Shown here piece after piece: positions 1-9,712 of a stretch of DNA of 32,000 bases (position 1 is its first letter; each line of letters opens with the position of its first letter). Origin of the DNA: Aliivibrio fischeri ES114 (GTDB lineage Bacteria; Pseudomonadota; Gammaproteobacteria; Enterobacterales; Vibrionaceae); the NCBI RefSeq assembly GCF_000011805.1, contig NC_006840.2. The stretch is one strand, 5' to 3'. Made by a program: the position numbers and the translations under genes. Under the pieces are notes generated by a model. It was not told the origin of the DNA. It saw only the letters and a list, made by a program, of their open reading frames with translations, and made no database searches.

Positions 1-686
1 AACGGCAGAGGCTTATTACGCCTAACTAAACAACCGTTTAGCTCATAATGGTTACCTTGAGTGGTTAACTCTAAGTCGCAGAACGTCGATTTTTGTTCTT
101 CTCTGCTCACACTTTTAGCATAGCTAGAAAAAGAAATAGGCTGATGAATAGGCACAAAGACTCGGGTACTTCCATCCTCATGAGTGGTGATTGAAGCTTG
201 AACGCAGTTTTCATCAATACTTAATGCACTTGATGGTGCGCTATAACAGACGCCTAAAATATCCCAAGGCCAGCCCACTGCTCGCTCATATCCAGTAAAG
301 ATACTTCCATCGATCCATAAATCACCTTGTATGGTTTTTAGTTCACTATCATCAAATAGCTCAGAAAGTTGTTTTCGTGATAGAGAAGGATCGCCAGAGA
401 AAGTCAAAACAACATCTTTATCCGCTTTATATAATGTTGTTGTAAAAGTGAATTCGGTCCCTAAAGCTAAACGAGCCGCTAATGCAGTGGCAATTTTTAG
501 GGTGCTTGCTGGTGGCAATAGTTCATCTTGTTTTTGTTGAAACTCTATCTTATTTGATTGTAGATTTTCGACAGTAATAGCGGTTCTGCTACCAGATGGG
601 AGAGATGAAAGTGTCTCTTTGATATCAGCAATACTTGAAAAAGAAATAAGACTGAGTGCGATAAGGGAGTAACGAGAAAAAAACAT
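1..686 (-). CDS. dacB: D-alanyl-D-alanine carboxypeptidase/endopeptidase PBP4, N-terminal part (gene runs off the window start)
   Basis: Absent from the ORF track because it is truncated. My minus-strand translation from the ATG at 686..684 stays open to position 1: MFFSRYSLIALSLISFSSIADIKETL...LLPPASTLKIATALAARLALG...GWPWDILGVCYSAPSSALSIDENC. It has a signal peptide and an SxxK motif (STLK), and is colinear with E. coli DacB as I recall it. Confidence 0.85.
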   Translation of the reverse strand, partial: MFFSRYSLIALSLISFSSIADIKETLSSLPSGSRTAITVENLQSNKIEFQQKQDELLPPASTLKIATALAARLALGTEFTFTTTLYKADKDVVLTFSGDPSLSRKQLSELFDDSELKTIQGDLWIDGSIFTGYERAVGWPWDILGVCYSAPSSALSIDENCVQASITTHEDGSTRVFVPIHQPISFSSYAKSVSREEQKSTFCDLELTTQGNHYELNGCLVRRNKPLP

Positions 687-774
687 GATGAGCTCAATTT
701 GAAAATAATGAGGTATCTTAACGTCTGTTGATAATGATGTGTAATGAATTAGAAAAATTTCAGAAGGCGTCACA

Positions 775-803
775 AATAAAAAACGCCCACCGAGGTGAGC
801 GCT
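775..803 (-). terminator. Rho-independent terminator of the porin gene
   Basis: Minus strand reads GCGCTCACC-tcg-GGTGGGCG followed by TTTTTTATTT, about 25 nt after the porin stop codon. Confidence 0.6.
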
Positions 804-828
804 TTATTTAAGTAAGAGTTAAGACTGA

Positions 829-1797
829 TTAGAAGTCGTAACGCATACCTAGAGCAACTTCGTCTTCTGTCATCGCTTTAGTGATACCTTTTGATGCATC
901 GTCATCAAGAAGGTTCAGGTTGTAAGAGATGTAAGTACGGAAGTTTGCGTTGAAGAAGTAAGTAGCATCAACAGCAAAGTTGTCAGCGTTTTCGTTGTTA
1001 GCAACAGTTAGAGCATTTGTATCGTGGTCAGCGTTGTTGTATGTCGCTGTGAATACAGTTTTACCCATTGTGTAAGCACCAGCTACTTCGAAACCTGTGT
1101 AGTCTAGGTCAACAACTTCACCTGTAGTGAATGTACCAGCGAAGTAGAAGTCGCCCATAGTCATCGAACCAGCAACCATTGCTTCGTTGTCTGTACCTTG
1201 ATCAGCGTAACCAGCACCTAGTTTGAAACCAGAGTCACCGAATGCGTAGATACCAGAAGTAGAGAAGCCGTCGTTGCTTTCTTGGTTAGCTGCTGCATCA
1301 TCAAAACGGTAGTTTGCTTTGAATGCGAAATCGCCAAATTGACCTTTGTAAGCAATTGCGTTGTCTTCACGGTCAGCTACTGCTAGTTTGTATGCCGCAG
1401 AGTTACCGTGGTAAGCCATGATATCAGTGAAGTCAGTGATAACACCTAGAGCACCGTCGTTTTTACCGTAAGTTACTTCACCGAAGTTACCACCGATACC
1501 TGCGTATGTGTAACGGTTTTCAAGGTTGCCGTTTGGATTTACAGCATCGTTAGTTGTAAATTCACCTTCCCAGAAACCTACACCGTATAGGCCGTCAGAA
1601 ATTTGAGTTGTACCTTTAAAGTTTAGACGGATACGAGTGTTATCTGCAGCGTCACCATCTTTCATAGCTAGACGTGCTTCAGCACGGCCGCCCATTTCGA
1701 TAGATTGTGCTTCGTCTTTATAAAGTTCTGCTGCGTTTACTGCACCAGCTGAAGTAATTGCTGCTACTGCTAGAGCTAATACTTTTTTGTTCATCAT
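829..1797 (-). CDS. ompU: General bacterial porin, OmpU-like outer membrane protein
   Basis: 322 aa with signal peptide MMNKKVLALAVAAITSAGAVNA-AE. Carries porin motifs (GGRAEARL, NRYTYAGIGG, GEVTYGKNDGALGVITDFTDIM) and the C-terminal MRYDF. The position between dacB and greA matches ompU of Vibrio cholerae as I recall it. Confidence 0.8.
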   Translation of the reverse strand: MMNKKVLALAVAAITSAGAVNAAELYKDEAQSIEMGGRAEARLAMKDGDAADNTRIRLNFKGTTQISDGLYGVGFWEGEFTTNDAVNPNGNLENRYTYAGIGGNFGEVTYGKNDGALGVITDFTDIMAYHGNSAAYKLAVADREDNAIAYKGQFGDFAFKANYRFDDAAANQESNDGFSTSGIYAFGDSGFKLGAGYADQGTDNEAMVAGSMTMGDFYFAGTFTTGEVVDLDYTGFEVAGAYTMGKTVFTATYNNADHDTNALTVANNENADNFAVDATYFFNANFRTYISYNLNLLDDDASKGITKAMTEDEVALGMRYDF

Positions 1798-2383
1798 TAT
1801 TCTAATTCCTATAAGGGTGGAGGAGATTAATTTCCATTTTAAATGAAACGAACTGTTTATTGCTTCTTATGTCTAAGAGTTTCTAATCAGTTACCTTCAC
1901 TGTTTCAATAAGACTATTTTCATGGGTAAAGGCACAAAAAGGTTAGTAAAACAATCTAAAAAGTGCAATTGAACAGCGTTTTTTATTATTTTTGTGTGAT
2001 GTTGATCGTTATTTTTCAGTTGGTTACGCAAATTGGAGAAAGTTTGTCTGATTTTTTCGATAAATGTAAATTTATGTTTTTTTGATTTTTGTTTTGGATC
2101 TTTATGTGAGCATCTTCTCATTTTATTTAAATTTACATGGTTTAAATTATTGATATTTAATATTTGAGACGGACTTCTTAATTTGCGTACTCGTCATTTT
2201 TGAAAACAATTCGCAGAAACAAACAATAGATAGGTGATAAAAAAACTTTCTTTGTTTAAACTAGAAGAAATTAATATTTAACAGAAACACTTAAGGTCTA
2301 CGCTCAATAGTCTGTTTATTGAGAGCCTTTGGTGAGATTTTTATTTGCTGAATTTCTGATTTCAGCTCTAGAGGTATATAAAT

Positions 2384-2857
2384 ATGGATAAGGTACCAAT
2401 GACGGTACGTGGCGAAAAGCTACTGCGTGATGAATTAGAAGTATTATTAAAGCGTCGTCCTTTGATTTCAAAAGCGATCGGTGAAGCTCGTGAGCTAGGT
2501 GATTTAAAAGAAAATGCTGAATATCACGCAGCACGTGAAGAGCAAGGTATTTGTGAAGCACAGATTCGTGATATTGAATATAAGTTATCTGTAGCTCAGG
2601 TTATTGATGTAACTAAAATGACCAACACTGGTAAAGTTATTTTTGGTACAACAGTGACTTTAATTGATGTGAATACAGACGAAGAAGTGAAATACCAAAT
2701 CGTTGCTGATGATGAAGCGAACATTAAAGAAGGTCGAATTTCTGTAAATTCACCGATTGCTCGTGGTTTGATTGGTAAAATGGAAGGGGATGAAGTAAAT
2801 ATTCAAACTCCTGGCGGTACGAAAGAGTTCGAGATTGACGCTGTAGATTACATTTAA
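2384..2857 (+). CDS. greA: Transcript cleavage factor GreA
   Basis: 157 aa. [18 protein letters not shown]...[17 protein letters not shown]...[14 protein letters not shown] is colinear with E. coli GreA. Confidence 0.97.
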   Translation: MDKVPMTVRGEKLLRDELEVLLKRRPLISKAIGEARELGDLKENAEYHAAREEQGICEAQIRDIEYKLSVAQVIDVTKMTNTGKVIFGTTVTLIDVNTDEEVKYQIVADDEANIKEGRISVNSPIARGLIGKMEGDEVNIQTPGGTKEFEIDAVDYI

Positions 2858-2880
2858 TATTTATTACTTGTATGAAACAC

Positions 2881-2930
2881 AAAGGCCGCATAGTTAGCTC
2901 TACTTTAAAGATAACTAATACGGCCTTTTT
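2881..2930. terminator. Bidirectional terminator hairpin between convergent greA and yhbY
   Basis: AAAGGCCG (2881..2888) pairs with CGGCCTTT (2921..2928). Inner TAGTTA/TAACTA pairing, A-run on the left and T-run on the right. Confidence 0.65.
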
Positions 2931-2956
2931 AATTTCTTTAGACTAAATGAAAGAAA

Positions 2957-3253
2957 TTATTTTCTAGGAATTTCGATTTTACGATCTTCGCTAGGACGGT
3001 ATAAAACAAGTGTTTTACCGATAACTTGAACTTTTTCAGCTTCTGTTTCACGGATAATTGCTTCAACAATCAGTTGTTTAGTATCACGGTCTTCAGAAGC
3101 GACTTTAACTTTAATTAACTCGTGATGATTAAGTGCAATTTCAATCTCAGCTACTACAGCTTCTGTTAGACCATTTGCACCCATCAATACAACGGGTTTT
3201 AGGTTGTGAGCAAGACCTTTAAGGTATTGCTTCTGTTTTGTGCTTAGGTTCAT
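2957..3253 (-). CDS. yhbY: CRM-domain RNA-binding protein YhbY
   Basis: 98 aa. MNLSTKQKQYLKGLAHNLKPVVLMGANGLTE...HELIKVKV is near-identical in pattern to E. coli YhbY and divergent from rlmE, as in enterics. Confidence 0.93.
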   Translation of the reverse strand: MNLSTKQKQYLKGLAHNLKPVVLMGANGLTEAVVAEIEIALNHHELIKVKVASEDRDTKQLIVEAIIRETEAEKVQVIGKTLVLYRPSEDRKIEIPRK

Positions 3254-3281
3254 ATATACCCGATTTTTTCTATATTAAGGG

Positions 3282-3309
3282 TTGAAAACAGCCTATTCTA
3301 ACGCCATCT
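3282..3309 (+). promoter_or_regulatory. Candidate sigma-32 (heat-shock) promoter for rlmE-ftsH
   Basis: TTGAAA (3282..3287), a 14-nt spacer, then CGCCATCT (3302..3309), against the sigma-32 consensus TTGAAA-N13-14-CCCCATnT. E. coli ftsJ-ftsH is a known heat-shock operon. A 7-bp hairpin, GAAGACT/AGTCTTC (3316..3341), follows. Confidence 0.45.
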
Positions 3310-3371
3310 AAGCAGGAAGACTATTTTTTGTTGCAGTCTTCTAATTTTAATTAAGTATTTTTAGGTAATGC

Positions 3372-4001
3372 ATGAGTAAGAATAAAGTTTCAGCGAGCTC
3401 TGGTCGCTGGTTAAAAGAACATTTTGATGATAAATACGTTCTTGAGGCTCAAAAAAGGGGTTATCGCTCTCGTGCTATTTTTAAAATTGAAGAAATTCAA
3501 AATAAAGACAAGCTTTTAAAACCAGGAATGACAGTCGTTGACCTTGGTGCTGCACCTGGTGGCTGGTCACAATATGCGGTTGAGCAAGTTGGTGATGAAG
3601 GACAAGTTATTGCTTGTGATATCTTGCCAATGGACTCTATTGCTGGTGTAAGTTTTTTACAGGGGGACTTTAGGGAAGAAGCAGTATTGGATGCATTATT
3701 AGAGAGAATTCAACCTGATATGGTTGATGTTGTAATGTCTGATATGGCGCCAAATATGAGTGGTAACTTAGCGGTAGATCAGCCTCGTGCGATGTACTTA
3801 GTTGAGTTAGCTTTGGATATGTGTCGTCAAGTTCTTGCGCCAAATGGCAGCTTTACTGTGAAAGTATTCCAAGGTGAAGGCTTTGATCAGTACTTGCAAG
3901 AAGTGCGTAATATGTTCAAAGTAGTAAAAATCAGAAAGCCTGATTCATCACGTGCTCGTTCACGTGAAGTATATATTGTAGCGACTGGTTACAAAGGATA
4001 A
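3372..4001 (+). CDS. rlmE: 23S rRNA U2552 2'-O-ribose methyltransferase RlmE (FtsJ)
   Basis: 209 aa. Has the SAM motif [14 protein letters not shown] and the C-terminal [17 protein letters not shown]. Colinear with E. coli RlmE. Confidence 0.96.
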   Translation: MSKNKVSASSGRWLKEHFDDKYVLEAQKRGYRSRAIFKIEEIQNKDKLLKPGMTVVDLGAAPGGWSQYAVEQVGDEGQVIACDILPMDSIAGVSFLQGDFREEAVLDALLERIQPDMVDVVMSDMAPNMSGNLAVDQPRAMYLVELALDMCRQVLAPNGSFTVKVFQGEGFDQYLQEVRNMFKVVKIRKPDSSRARSREVYIVATGYKG

Positions 4002-4077
4002 GTTTTACGTAGTAGATACAGAATATAAACTGTAGTACTCTGTCTTTCATCTATTTAGTTAACGCGGGGTTAACACC

Positions 4078-6060
4078 TTGAGTGACATGGCAAAAAATCT
4101 AATATTATGGCTGGTTATCGCTGTTGTTTTAATGTCGGTATTCCAGAGTTTTGGACCAGGTGATAGCTCTGGTCGTTCAATTGACTATACGACTTTTGTT
4201 AAAGAAGTAGGTAATAGTCAAGTACAAGAAGCAACCTTTAATAATCGTGAGATTAAGGTAATGAAACGTGACGGCACTCGTTACGTCACATATATGCCAG
4301 TATTCCAAGATCCTAAGTTGCTTGATGACCTAATTAACCAAAATGTAATCGTTAAAGGTACACCACCAGAAGAGCAGAGCTTACTTGAGTCTATCTTCAT
4401 CTCGTGGTTCCCAATGATTCTTCTTATTGGTGTTTGGATCTTCTTCATGCGTCAGATGCAAGGTGGCGGTGGCAAAGGAGCTATGTCCTTTGGCAAGAGT
4501 AAAGCCAAGATGATGACTGAAGAGCAAATCAAAACAACATTTGATGATGTTGCTGGCTGTGATGAAGCAAAAGAAGATGTAAAAGAGTTAGTTGATTACT
4601 TGCGCGAACCAAGCCGTTTCCAAAAACTGGGTGGTAAAATTCCAACAGGTGTTCTACTAGTTGGTCCTCCTGGTACAGGTAAAACGCTGATTGCAAAAGC
4701 GATTGCTGGTGAAGCAAAGGTACCTTTCTTCTCAATTTCTGGTTCTGATTTTGTTGAGATGTTTGTGGGTGTTGGTGCATCACGTGTTCGTGATATGTTT
4801 GAACAAGCGAAAAAATCATCACCTTGTATTATCTTCATTGATGAAATCGATGCTGTAGGTCGCCAACGTGGTGCGGGTGTTGGTGGTGGTAATGATGAGC
4901 GTGAGCAAACATTGAACCAAATGCTAGTTGAAATGGATGGCTTTGAAGGTAACGAAGGCATCATTGTTATTGCTGCGACTAACCGTCCAGATGTACTTGA
5001 TGCAGCATTACTACGTCCAGGTCGTTTCGACCGTCAAGTTGTTGTTGGTCTACCTGATATCCGTGGTCGTGAGCAGATCCTTCAAGTTCATATGCGTAAA
5101 GTACCATTAGGTGCTGGCGTAGAACCATCGTTGATTGCTCGTGGTACTCCTGGCTTCTCTGGTGCAGATCTAGCTAACTTAGTAAACGAAGCTGCTTTGT
5201 TTGCGGCGCGCGGCAATAAGCGTGTTGTTTCAATGGTTGAGTTTGAATTAGCGAAAGATAAAATCATGATGGGCGCAGAGCGTAAATCAATGGTTATGTC
5301 TGAAGAAACTAAAGAATCAACAGCATATCATGAAGCAGGTCATGCGATTGTTGGTCGTTTAGTTCCTGAACATGATCCAGTATACAAAGTATCTATCATT
5401 CCACGTGGTCGAGCGTTGGGTGTAACTATGTATCTACCAGAACAAGATCGTATCAGCATGAACCGTCAACATTTAGAATCGATGATTTCGAGTCTATATG
5501 GTGGTCGTTTAGCTGAGGAATTGATTTACGGTGTTGATAAGGTATCAACTGGTGCATCGAACGATATTGAACGCGCAACAGATATTGCTCGTAAAATGGT
5601 AACGCAATGGGGCTTCTCTGATGCTCTAGGCCCTCTACTTTATGCAGAAGATCAAGGCGACCCGTTCTCTGGTCACGGTGGTTCTCATCAACCTAAGCAT
5701 GTTTCTCCAGAAACACTGCAATTAATTGATGCTGAGATCCGTACTATCATTGATCGTAACTATGCTCGTGCAAGACAGATCCTTGAAGATAATATGGATA
5801 TCATGCATGCGATGAAAGATGCGTTGATGAAGTTTGAAACCATTGATGCAGGTCAGATTGATGATCTCATGGATCGTAAAGCTGATATTCGTGAGCCACA
5901 AGGTTGGGGTGATAATAACCCACAGCCTCAAGCGAAGACTGAAGCACCAGTAGAAAAAGAAGAAACAGAATCAAAAGCAGAAGAGAAGGTTGAAGAAACA
6001 AAAGAACAACCAACTTCAACTGATGAAACAAAAAACGATTCTGAATCATCTGAAAAGTAA
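4078..6060 (+). CDS. ftsH: ATP-dependent zinc metalloprotease FtsH
   Basis: Walker A GPPGTGKT, second region of homology, and zinc motif HEAGHA. Colinear with E. coli FtsH. The TTG at 4078 gives MSDMAKNL; the ATG at 4087 (MAKNLILW) is an equally plausible start. Ends in an extra acidic, Lys-rich tail. Confidence 0.96.
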   Translation: MSDMAKNLILWLVIAVVLMSVFQSFGPGDSSGRSIDYTTFVKEVGNSQVQEATFNNREIKVMKRDGTRYVTYMPVFQDPKLLDDLINQNVIVKGTPPEEQSLLESIFISWFPMILLIGVWIFFMRQMQGGGGKGAMSFGKSKAKMMTEEQIKTTFDDVAGCDEAKEDVKELVDYLREPSRFQKLGGKIPTGVLLVGPPGTGKTLIAKAIAGEAKVPFFSISGSDFVEMFVGVGASRVRDMFEQAKKSSPCIIFIDEIDAVGRQRGAGVGGGNDEREQTLNQMLVEMDGFEGNEGIIVIAATNRPDVLDAALLRPGRFDRQVVVGLPDIRGREQILQVHMRKVPLGAGVEPSLIARGTPGFSGADLANLVNEAALFAARGNKRVVSMVEFELAKDKIMMGAERKSMVMSEETKESTAYHEAGHAIVGRLVPEHDPVYKVSIIPRGRALGVTMYLPEQDRISMNRQHLESMISSLYGGRLAEELIYGVDKVSTGASNDIERATDIARKMVTQWGFSDALGPLLYAEDQGDPFSGHGGSHQPKHVSPETLQLIDAEIRTIIDRNYARARQILEDNMDIMHAMKDALMKFETIDAGQIDDLMDRKADIREPQGWGDNNPQPQAKTEAPVEKEETESKAEEKVEETKEQPTSTDETKNDSESSEK

Positions 6061-6078
6061 GATGAAATAAGATAAATG

Positions 6079-6106
6079 AAACCCCGAGTTATGCTCGGGG
6101 TTTTTG
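6079..6106 (+). terminator. Rho-independent terminator after ftsH
   Basis: AAACCCCGAG-ttatg-CTCGGGGTTTTTG. Confidence 0.8.
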
Positions 6107-6128
6107 TATTTATTAAAGGTGTAGAGTA

Positions 6129-6965
6129 ATGAAACTAATAAGTAAAAATAAATCCCTTTTATTAGATCGCTCTCATGTCATGGGAATACTTAACGTAACA
6201 CCTGACTCTTTTTCTGACGGTGGCCAGTTTACCCATTTAGATGCGGCGCTTAAGCAAGCCGAAAAAATGGTTAAAGCTGGAGTAAGTTTTATTGATATTG
6301 GTGGCGAGTCAACGCGACCTGGAGCCCCTGAAGTATCATTACAAGAAGAGCTAGATAGAGTATTACCAATCATCGAAGCCATCCATCAACGTTTTGATAC
6401 TTGGATATCTATTGATACAAGTAAAGCTGTTGTTATGGAAGAGGCAGTAAAAGTTGGTGCTGATTTAATTAATGATGTGAGAGCACTACAAGAGCCAAAT
6501 GCTTTGAAAGTCGCAGCAGAAGCGAATGTTCCTGTTTGTTTGATGCATATGCAAGGGCAACCTCGAACTATGCAAACTAATCCTTCTTATCAAGACTTAT
6601 TTACCGACATCTCGAGCTTTTTAAGTGAAAGAATCGATGCATGCCAATCGGTTGGTATCGCAAAAGATAAGTTAATTCTCGATCCTGGATTTGGTTTTGG
6701 TAAAACCTTGGCGCATAATTACCAGCTTCTTGCTGAGCTAGAGCGTTTTCATCAATTCGGTTTACCGCTTCTCGCTGGAATGTCGAGAAAATCGATGGTT
6801 TTTAAGTTACTAGATGTAGAGCCGAAAATGGCACTATCTGGTAGCTTGGCTTGTGCAACGATTGCAGCCATGAAAGGGGCGCAAATTATTCGTGTTCATG
6901 ATTTTGAACAAACGATGGATATCGTAAAGGTTTGCCAAGCAACTTTAGAGCAATCTCCTCATTAA
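6129..6965 (+). CDS. folP: Dihydropteroate synthase
   Basis: 278 aa. VMGILNVTPDSFSDGG, DIGGESTRPGA and GMSRKSM motifs. Colinear with E. coli FolP and in the ftsH-folP-glmM order. Confidence 0.95.
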   Translation: MKLISKNKSLLLDRSHVMGILNVTPDSFSDGGQFTHLDAALKQAEKMVKAGVSFIDIGGESTRPGAPEVSLQEELDRVLPIIEAIHQRFDTWISIDTSKAVVMEEAVKVGADLINDVRALQEPNALKVAAEANVPVCLMHMQGQPRTMQTNPSYQDLFTDISSFLSERIDACQSVGIAKDKLILDPGFGFGKTLAHNYQLLAELERFHQFGLPLLAGMSRKSMVFKLLDVEPKMALSGSLACATIAAMKGAQIIRVHDFEQTMDIVKVCQATLEQSPH

Positions 6966-7013
6966 AGAGTTGTTCAATTTAAATAAATTATTAAAAAAAA
7001 CATGGAGTACAAC

Positions 7014-8351
7014 ATGGCTGAACGTAAATATTTCGGAACTGATGGCGTTCGAGGATTAGTAGGGCAAGCACCTATCACACCTGATTTTGTTATGAAGCTT
7101 GGCTGGGCGGCAGGACAAGTTTTAGCTAAGCAAGGTACAAAAAAAGTCATTATTGGTAAAGATACGCGTATTTCTGGTTATATGCTTGAATCAGCATTAG
7201 AAGCAGGTTTAGCAGCTGCTGGATTACAAGCTAAATTTACGGGTCCGATGCCAACTCCTGCTGTGGCTTACCTTACTCAGACATTTCGTGCAGAAGCAGG
7301 TATTGTGATTTCAGCTTCTCATAATCCATACTACGATAATGGCATTAAATTCTTCTCATCAGAAGGGACAAAACTTCCGGATGACGTTGAAATGGCGATT
7401 GAAGCAGAGCTTGATAAGCCAATGACATGTGTTGAATCTGCTTTACTTGGTAAAGCCTCTCGTCTTAATGATGCTGCAGGTCGTTACATTGAATTCTGTA
7501 AAAGTACCTTCCCTAAAGAATTAAGTCTTGCTGGTTTAAAAATCGTTATCGATTGTGCAAATGGTGCAACGTATCATATTGCTCCTAATGTATTTAAAGA
7601 GCTAGGTGCAGAGATCATCACAATCGGTTGTGAGCCAAACGGAACCAATATTAACCATGAAGTAGGAGCTACTGATGTTCGAGCTCTTCAAGCAAAAGTT
7701 GTTGAAGAAAAAGCCGATTTTGGTGTTGCATTTGATGGTGACGGTGACCGTATCATCATGGTGGATGAATTCGGCGAAAAAGTAGATGGCGACCAGATTG
7801 CGTACATCATTGCTCGTGACGCACTGCGTCGTGGTGAGTTAAAAGGTGGTGTGGTTGGTACATTGATGACGAATATGGGGATGGAGGTTGCTTTACGTAA
7901 TCTTGGAATTCCATTTGTTCGTTCAGATGTTGGTGACCGCTATGTGATGGAAAAACTTCTAGAAAACAACTGGTTAATTGGTGCGGAGAATTCAGGTCAC
8001 GTTATTCTTTTAGATAAAGTAACGACGGGCGATGCTATTGTTGCAGCGCTTCAAGTTATTGCGTCGATTGTAGGCAGTAAAATGTCATTAAAAGAATTAT
8101 GTGATGGCATGACAATGTTCCCACAAATCTTAGTTAACGTTCGATTTGCTGGTGAGAATGATCCTCTTGAATCAGATGCAGTAAAAGCAGCTCAAGCTGA
8201 TGTGGAAGCTAAATTAGGTGATAATGGTCGTGTATTATTGCGTAAGTCAGGTACAGAGCCTTTAATTCGCGTTATGGTTGAAGGTGAAGATGCGGAATTA
8301 GTGACACAATATGCGCAACAAATTGCGGATGCGGTGAAAGAAAGCTGCTAA
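7014..8351 (+). CDS. glmM: Phosphoglucosamine mutase
   Basis: [14 protein letters not shown], active-site SASHNP, DGDGDR. The ATG at 7014 is preferred over the track start at 7002: GGAG at 7004..7007 sits 6 nt upstream, and it matches the E. coli N-terminus. Confidence 0.94.
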   Translation: MAERKYFGTDGVRGLVGQAPITPDFVMKLGWAAGQVLAKQGTKKVIIGKDTRISGYMLESALEAGLAAAGLQAKFTGPMPTPAVAYLTQTFRAEAGIVISASHNPYYDNGIKFFSSEGTKLPDDVEMAIEAELDKPMTCVESALLGKASRLNDAAGRYIEFCKSTFPKELSLAGLKIVIDCANGATYHIAPNVFKELGAEIITIGCEPNGTNINHEVGATDVRALQAKVVEEKADFGVAFDGDGDRIIMVDEFGEKVDGDQIAYIIARDALRRGELKGGVVGTLMTNMGMEVALRNLGIPFVRSDVGDRYVMEKLLENNWLIGAENSGHVILLDKVTTGDAIVAALQVIASIVGSKMSLKELCDGMTMFPQILVNVRFAGENDPLESDAVKAAQADVEAKLGDNGRVLLRKSGTEPLIRVMVEGEDAELVTQYAQQIADAVKESC

Positions 8352-8395
8352 TTTGAGCAATTAAATGAAATTGAACGTTTTTTGTTAATTTTAAC

Positions 8396-8424
8396 TTGTC
8401 ATAGTAGCCTAGTTTGGTTAATAT
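8396..8424 (+). promoter_or_regulatory. Candidate sigma-70 promoter for secG-tRNA-Leu
   Basis: TTGTCA (8396..8401), 17-nt spacer, TAATAT (8419..8424). Confidence 0.4.
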
Positions 8425-8502
8425 CCTTCGGCCTCTTAATTGAGAGGGCGCTGGTGTTGCCAATAGGCTACCGGTACATTAATTAGATACATGGGTGACG
8501 GA

Positions 8503-8835
8503 ATGCATACGATTCTACTTGTGATTTATCTGATTGCCGCAGTCGGTGTAATTGGCCTAGTATTGGTACAACACGGTAAAGGCGCAGATATGGGAGCTTC
8601 ATTTGGGGCTGGAGCATCAAATACTGTATTTGGCTCTAGTGGCTCTGGAAACTTTTTAACCCGAATGACTGCAATTTGTGCAACAGTATTTTTTGTTATC
8701 AGTTTGGCGCTAGGCAATATGTCTACGCATAAATCTGAAGGTTTTGATCTTAAATTAGATCAACAAGCGACAGAGCAAGTAACTGACAACGCGAGCGACG
8801 TTCCTGCTACTGAAGACAGCGACGTTCCTCTTTAA
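8503..8835 (+). CDS. secG: Preprotein translocase subunit SecG
   Basis: MHTILLVIYLIAAVGVIGLVLVQHGKGADMGASFGAGASNTVFGSSGSGNFLTRMTA aligns with E. coli SecG. The track start at 8491 adds 4 non-homologous residues. Confidence 0.9.
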   Translation: MHTILLVIYLIAAVGVIGLVLVQHGKGADMGASFGAGASNTVFGSSGSGNFLTRMTAICATVFFVISLALGNMSTHKSEGFDLKLDQQATEQVTDNASDVPATEDSDVPL

Positions 8836-8844
8836 AAGAATTTA

Positions 8845-8929
8845 GCCGAGATGGTGAAATTGGTAGACACGCTAGCATGAGGTGCTAGTGCCTTATGGTG
8901 TGAGGGTTCAAGTCCCTCTCTCGGCACCA
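8845..8929 (+). tRNA. leuU: tRNA-Leu, anticodon GAG
   Basis: 85 nt: GCCGAGA acceptor stem, anticodon loop A-T-GAG-G-T, long variable arm, TTCAAGT T-loop, and encoded CCA. Sits directly after secG, like leuU in E. coli. Confidence 0.95.
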
Positions 8930-8951
8930 TATTCAGACGAGAATCTGATTC

Positions 8952-8980
8952 TTGTAATAAAAGCATAAAGAAACTATAAT
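8952..8980 (+). promoter_or_regulatory. Candidate sigma-70 promoter of the tRNA-fMet/nusA-infB operon
   Basis: TTGTAA (8952..8957), 17-nt spacer, TATAAT (8975..8980). The tRNA starts 19 nt downstream. Confidence 0.55.
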
Positions 8981-8998
8981 TTCTTTGTTCTTTTCGGA

Positions 8999-9075
<77 letters not shown>

Positions 9076-9146
9076 ATTACTTAAATAAGAGTTATTGCTA
9101 TTATTTAAGTAAGTCACGCAAGTGGCATTCAGGGTCCAGCAGTATT

Positions 9147-9172
9147 AAACCCCGCAATTACGGGGTTTTTTG
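9147..9172 (+). terminator. Rho-independent terminator/attenuator after tRNA-fMet
   Basis: AAACCCCG-caatta-CGGGGTTTTTTG. E. coli has a comparable partial terminator between metY and rimP. Confidence 0.7.
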
Positions 9173-9202
9173 CTATCTGAAACAGACTGTTTTTTAAGAA
9201 TT

Positions 9203-9222
9203 GGGCCTTGAGCCCTTTTTTT
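9203..9222 (+). terminator. Second short hairpin plus T-run just upstream of rimP
   Basis: GGGC-cttga-GCCC followed by TTTTTTTG. The stem is only 4 bp, so this is weak. Confidence 0.3.
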
Positions 9223-9239
9223 GTTTTCAGGGGATATCA

Positions 9240-9695
9240 ATGACAGGATTAGAAAGACAACTAACAGAAATGCTTGAGGCTCCTGTTGGTGCTTTAGGTT
9301 ATGAATTGGTTGGTTTAGAATTCGTACGTGCGGGTGAACACTCAACACTACGTGTATTCATCGACCATGAAAATGGCATCTTTGTGGAAGACTGTGCAGA
9401 AGCCAGTCGTCAAATCAGTGCAGTAATGGATGTAGAAGATCCAATTACGGTTGCATATAACCTAGAGGTTTCGTCTCCAGGTCTTGAACGTCCACTGTTT
9501 AAAGCAGCACATTATCAACAATTTGTTGGTCACGAGGTCAGCCTTGTATTAAAGATGCCGATGAATAACCGTCGTAAATGGAAAGGTGACATCCTTGAAA
9601 TTAACGGTGAGATTGTTACGGTTACAGTTGATGGTAACAATGAAGAATTTGCGTTAAGCAACATTTCAAAGGCGAACTTGGTTCCTAAATTTTAA
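9240..9695 (+). CDS. rimP: Ribosome maturation factor RimP
   Basis: [28 protein letters not shown]...[15 protein letters not shown]...[14 protein letters not shown] aligns end to end with E. coli RimP. The ATG at 9240 is preceded by GGGGA. The track start at 9201 falls inside the terminator. Confidence 0.93.
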   Translation: MTGLERQLTEMLEAPVGALGYELVGLEFVRAGEHSTLRVFIDHENGIFVEDCAEASRQISAVMDVEDPITVAYNLEVSSPGLERPLFKAAHYQQFVGHEVSLVLKMPMNNRRKWKGDILEINGEIVTVTVDGNNEEFALSNISKANLVPKF

Positions 9696-9712
9696 GGCTT
9701 GAAGAGGCTAAA

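Noticed and set aside
1897-2121. 74-aa Lys-rich ORF on the minus strand, inside the region upstream of the porin gene.
   Set aside because: It lies in extremely AT-rich promoter DNA, has no Shine-Dalgarno sequence, and its composition just mirrors A-tracts. It is most likely a chance ORF.
1798-2160. ToxR boxes (TNAAA-N5-TNAAA) in the porin promoter.
   Set aside because: A manual scan of the minus strand found only isolated TNAAA pentamers and no correctly spaced direct repeat.
2290-2383. Possible GraL-like terminated leader RNA upstream of greA, as described in E. coli.
   Set aside because: The two small hairpins are not followed by a proper U-tract, so I cannot support an intrinsic terminator.
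8404-8471. 8-bp inverted repeat GTAGCCTA / TAGGCTAC spanning the secG upstream region, which could be a structured leader.
   Set aside because: The left arm overlaps the best promoter candidate, so it would probably not be transcribed. The 52-nt spacing and short arms make chance plausible.
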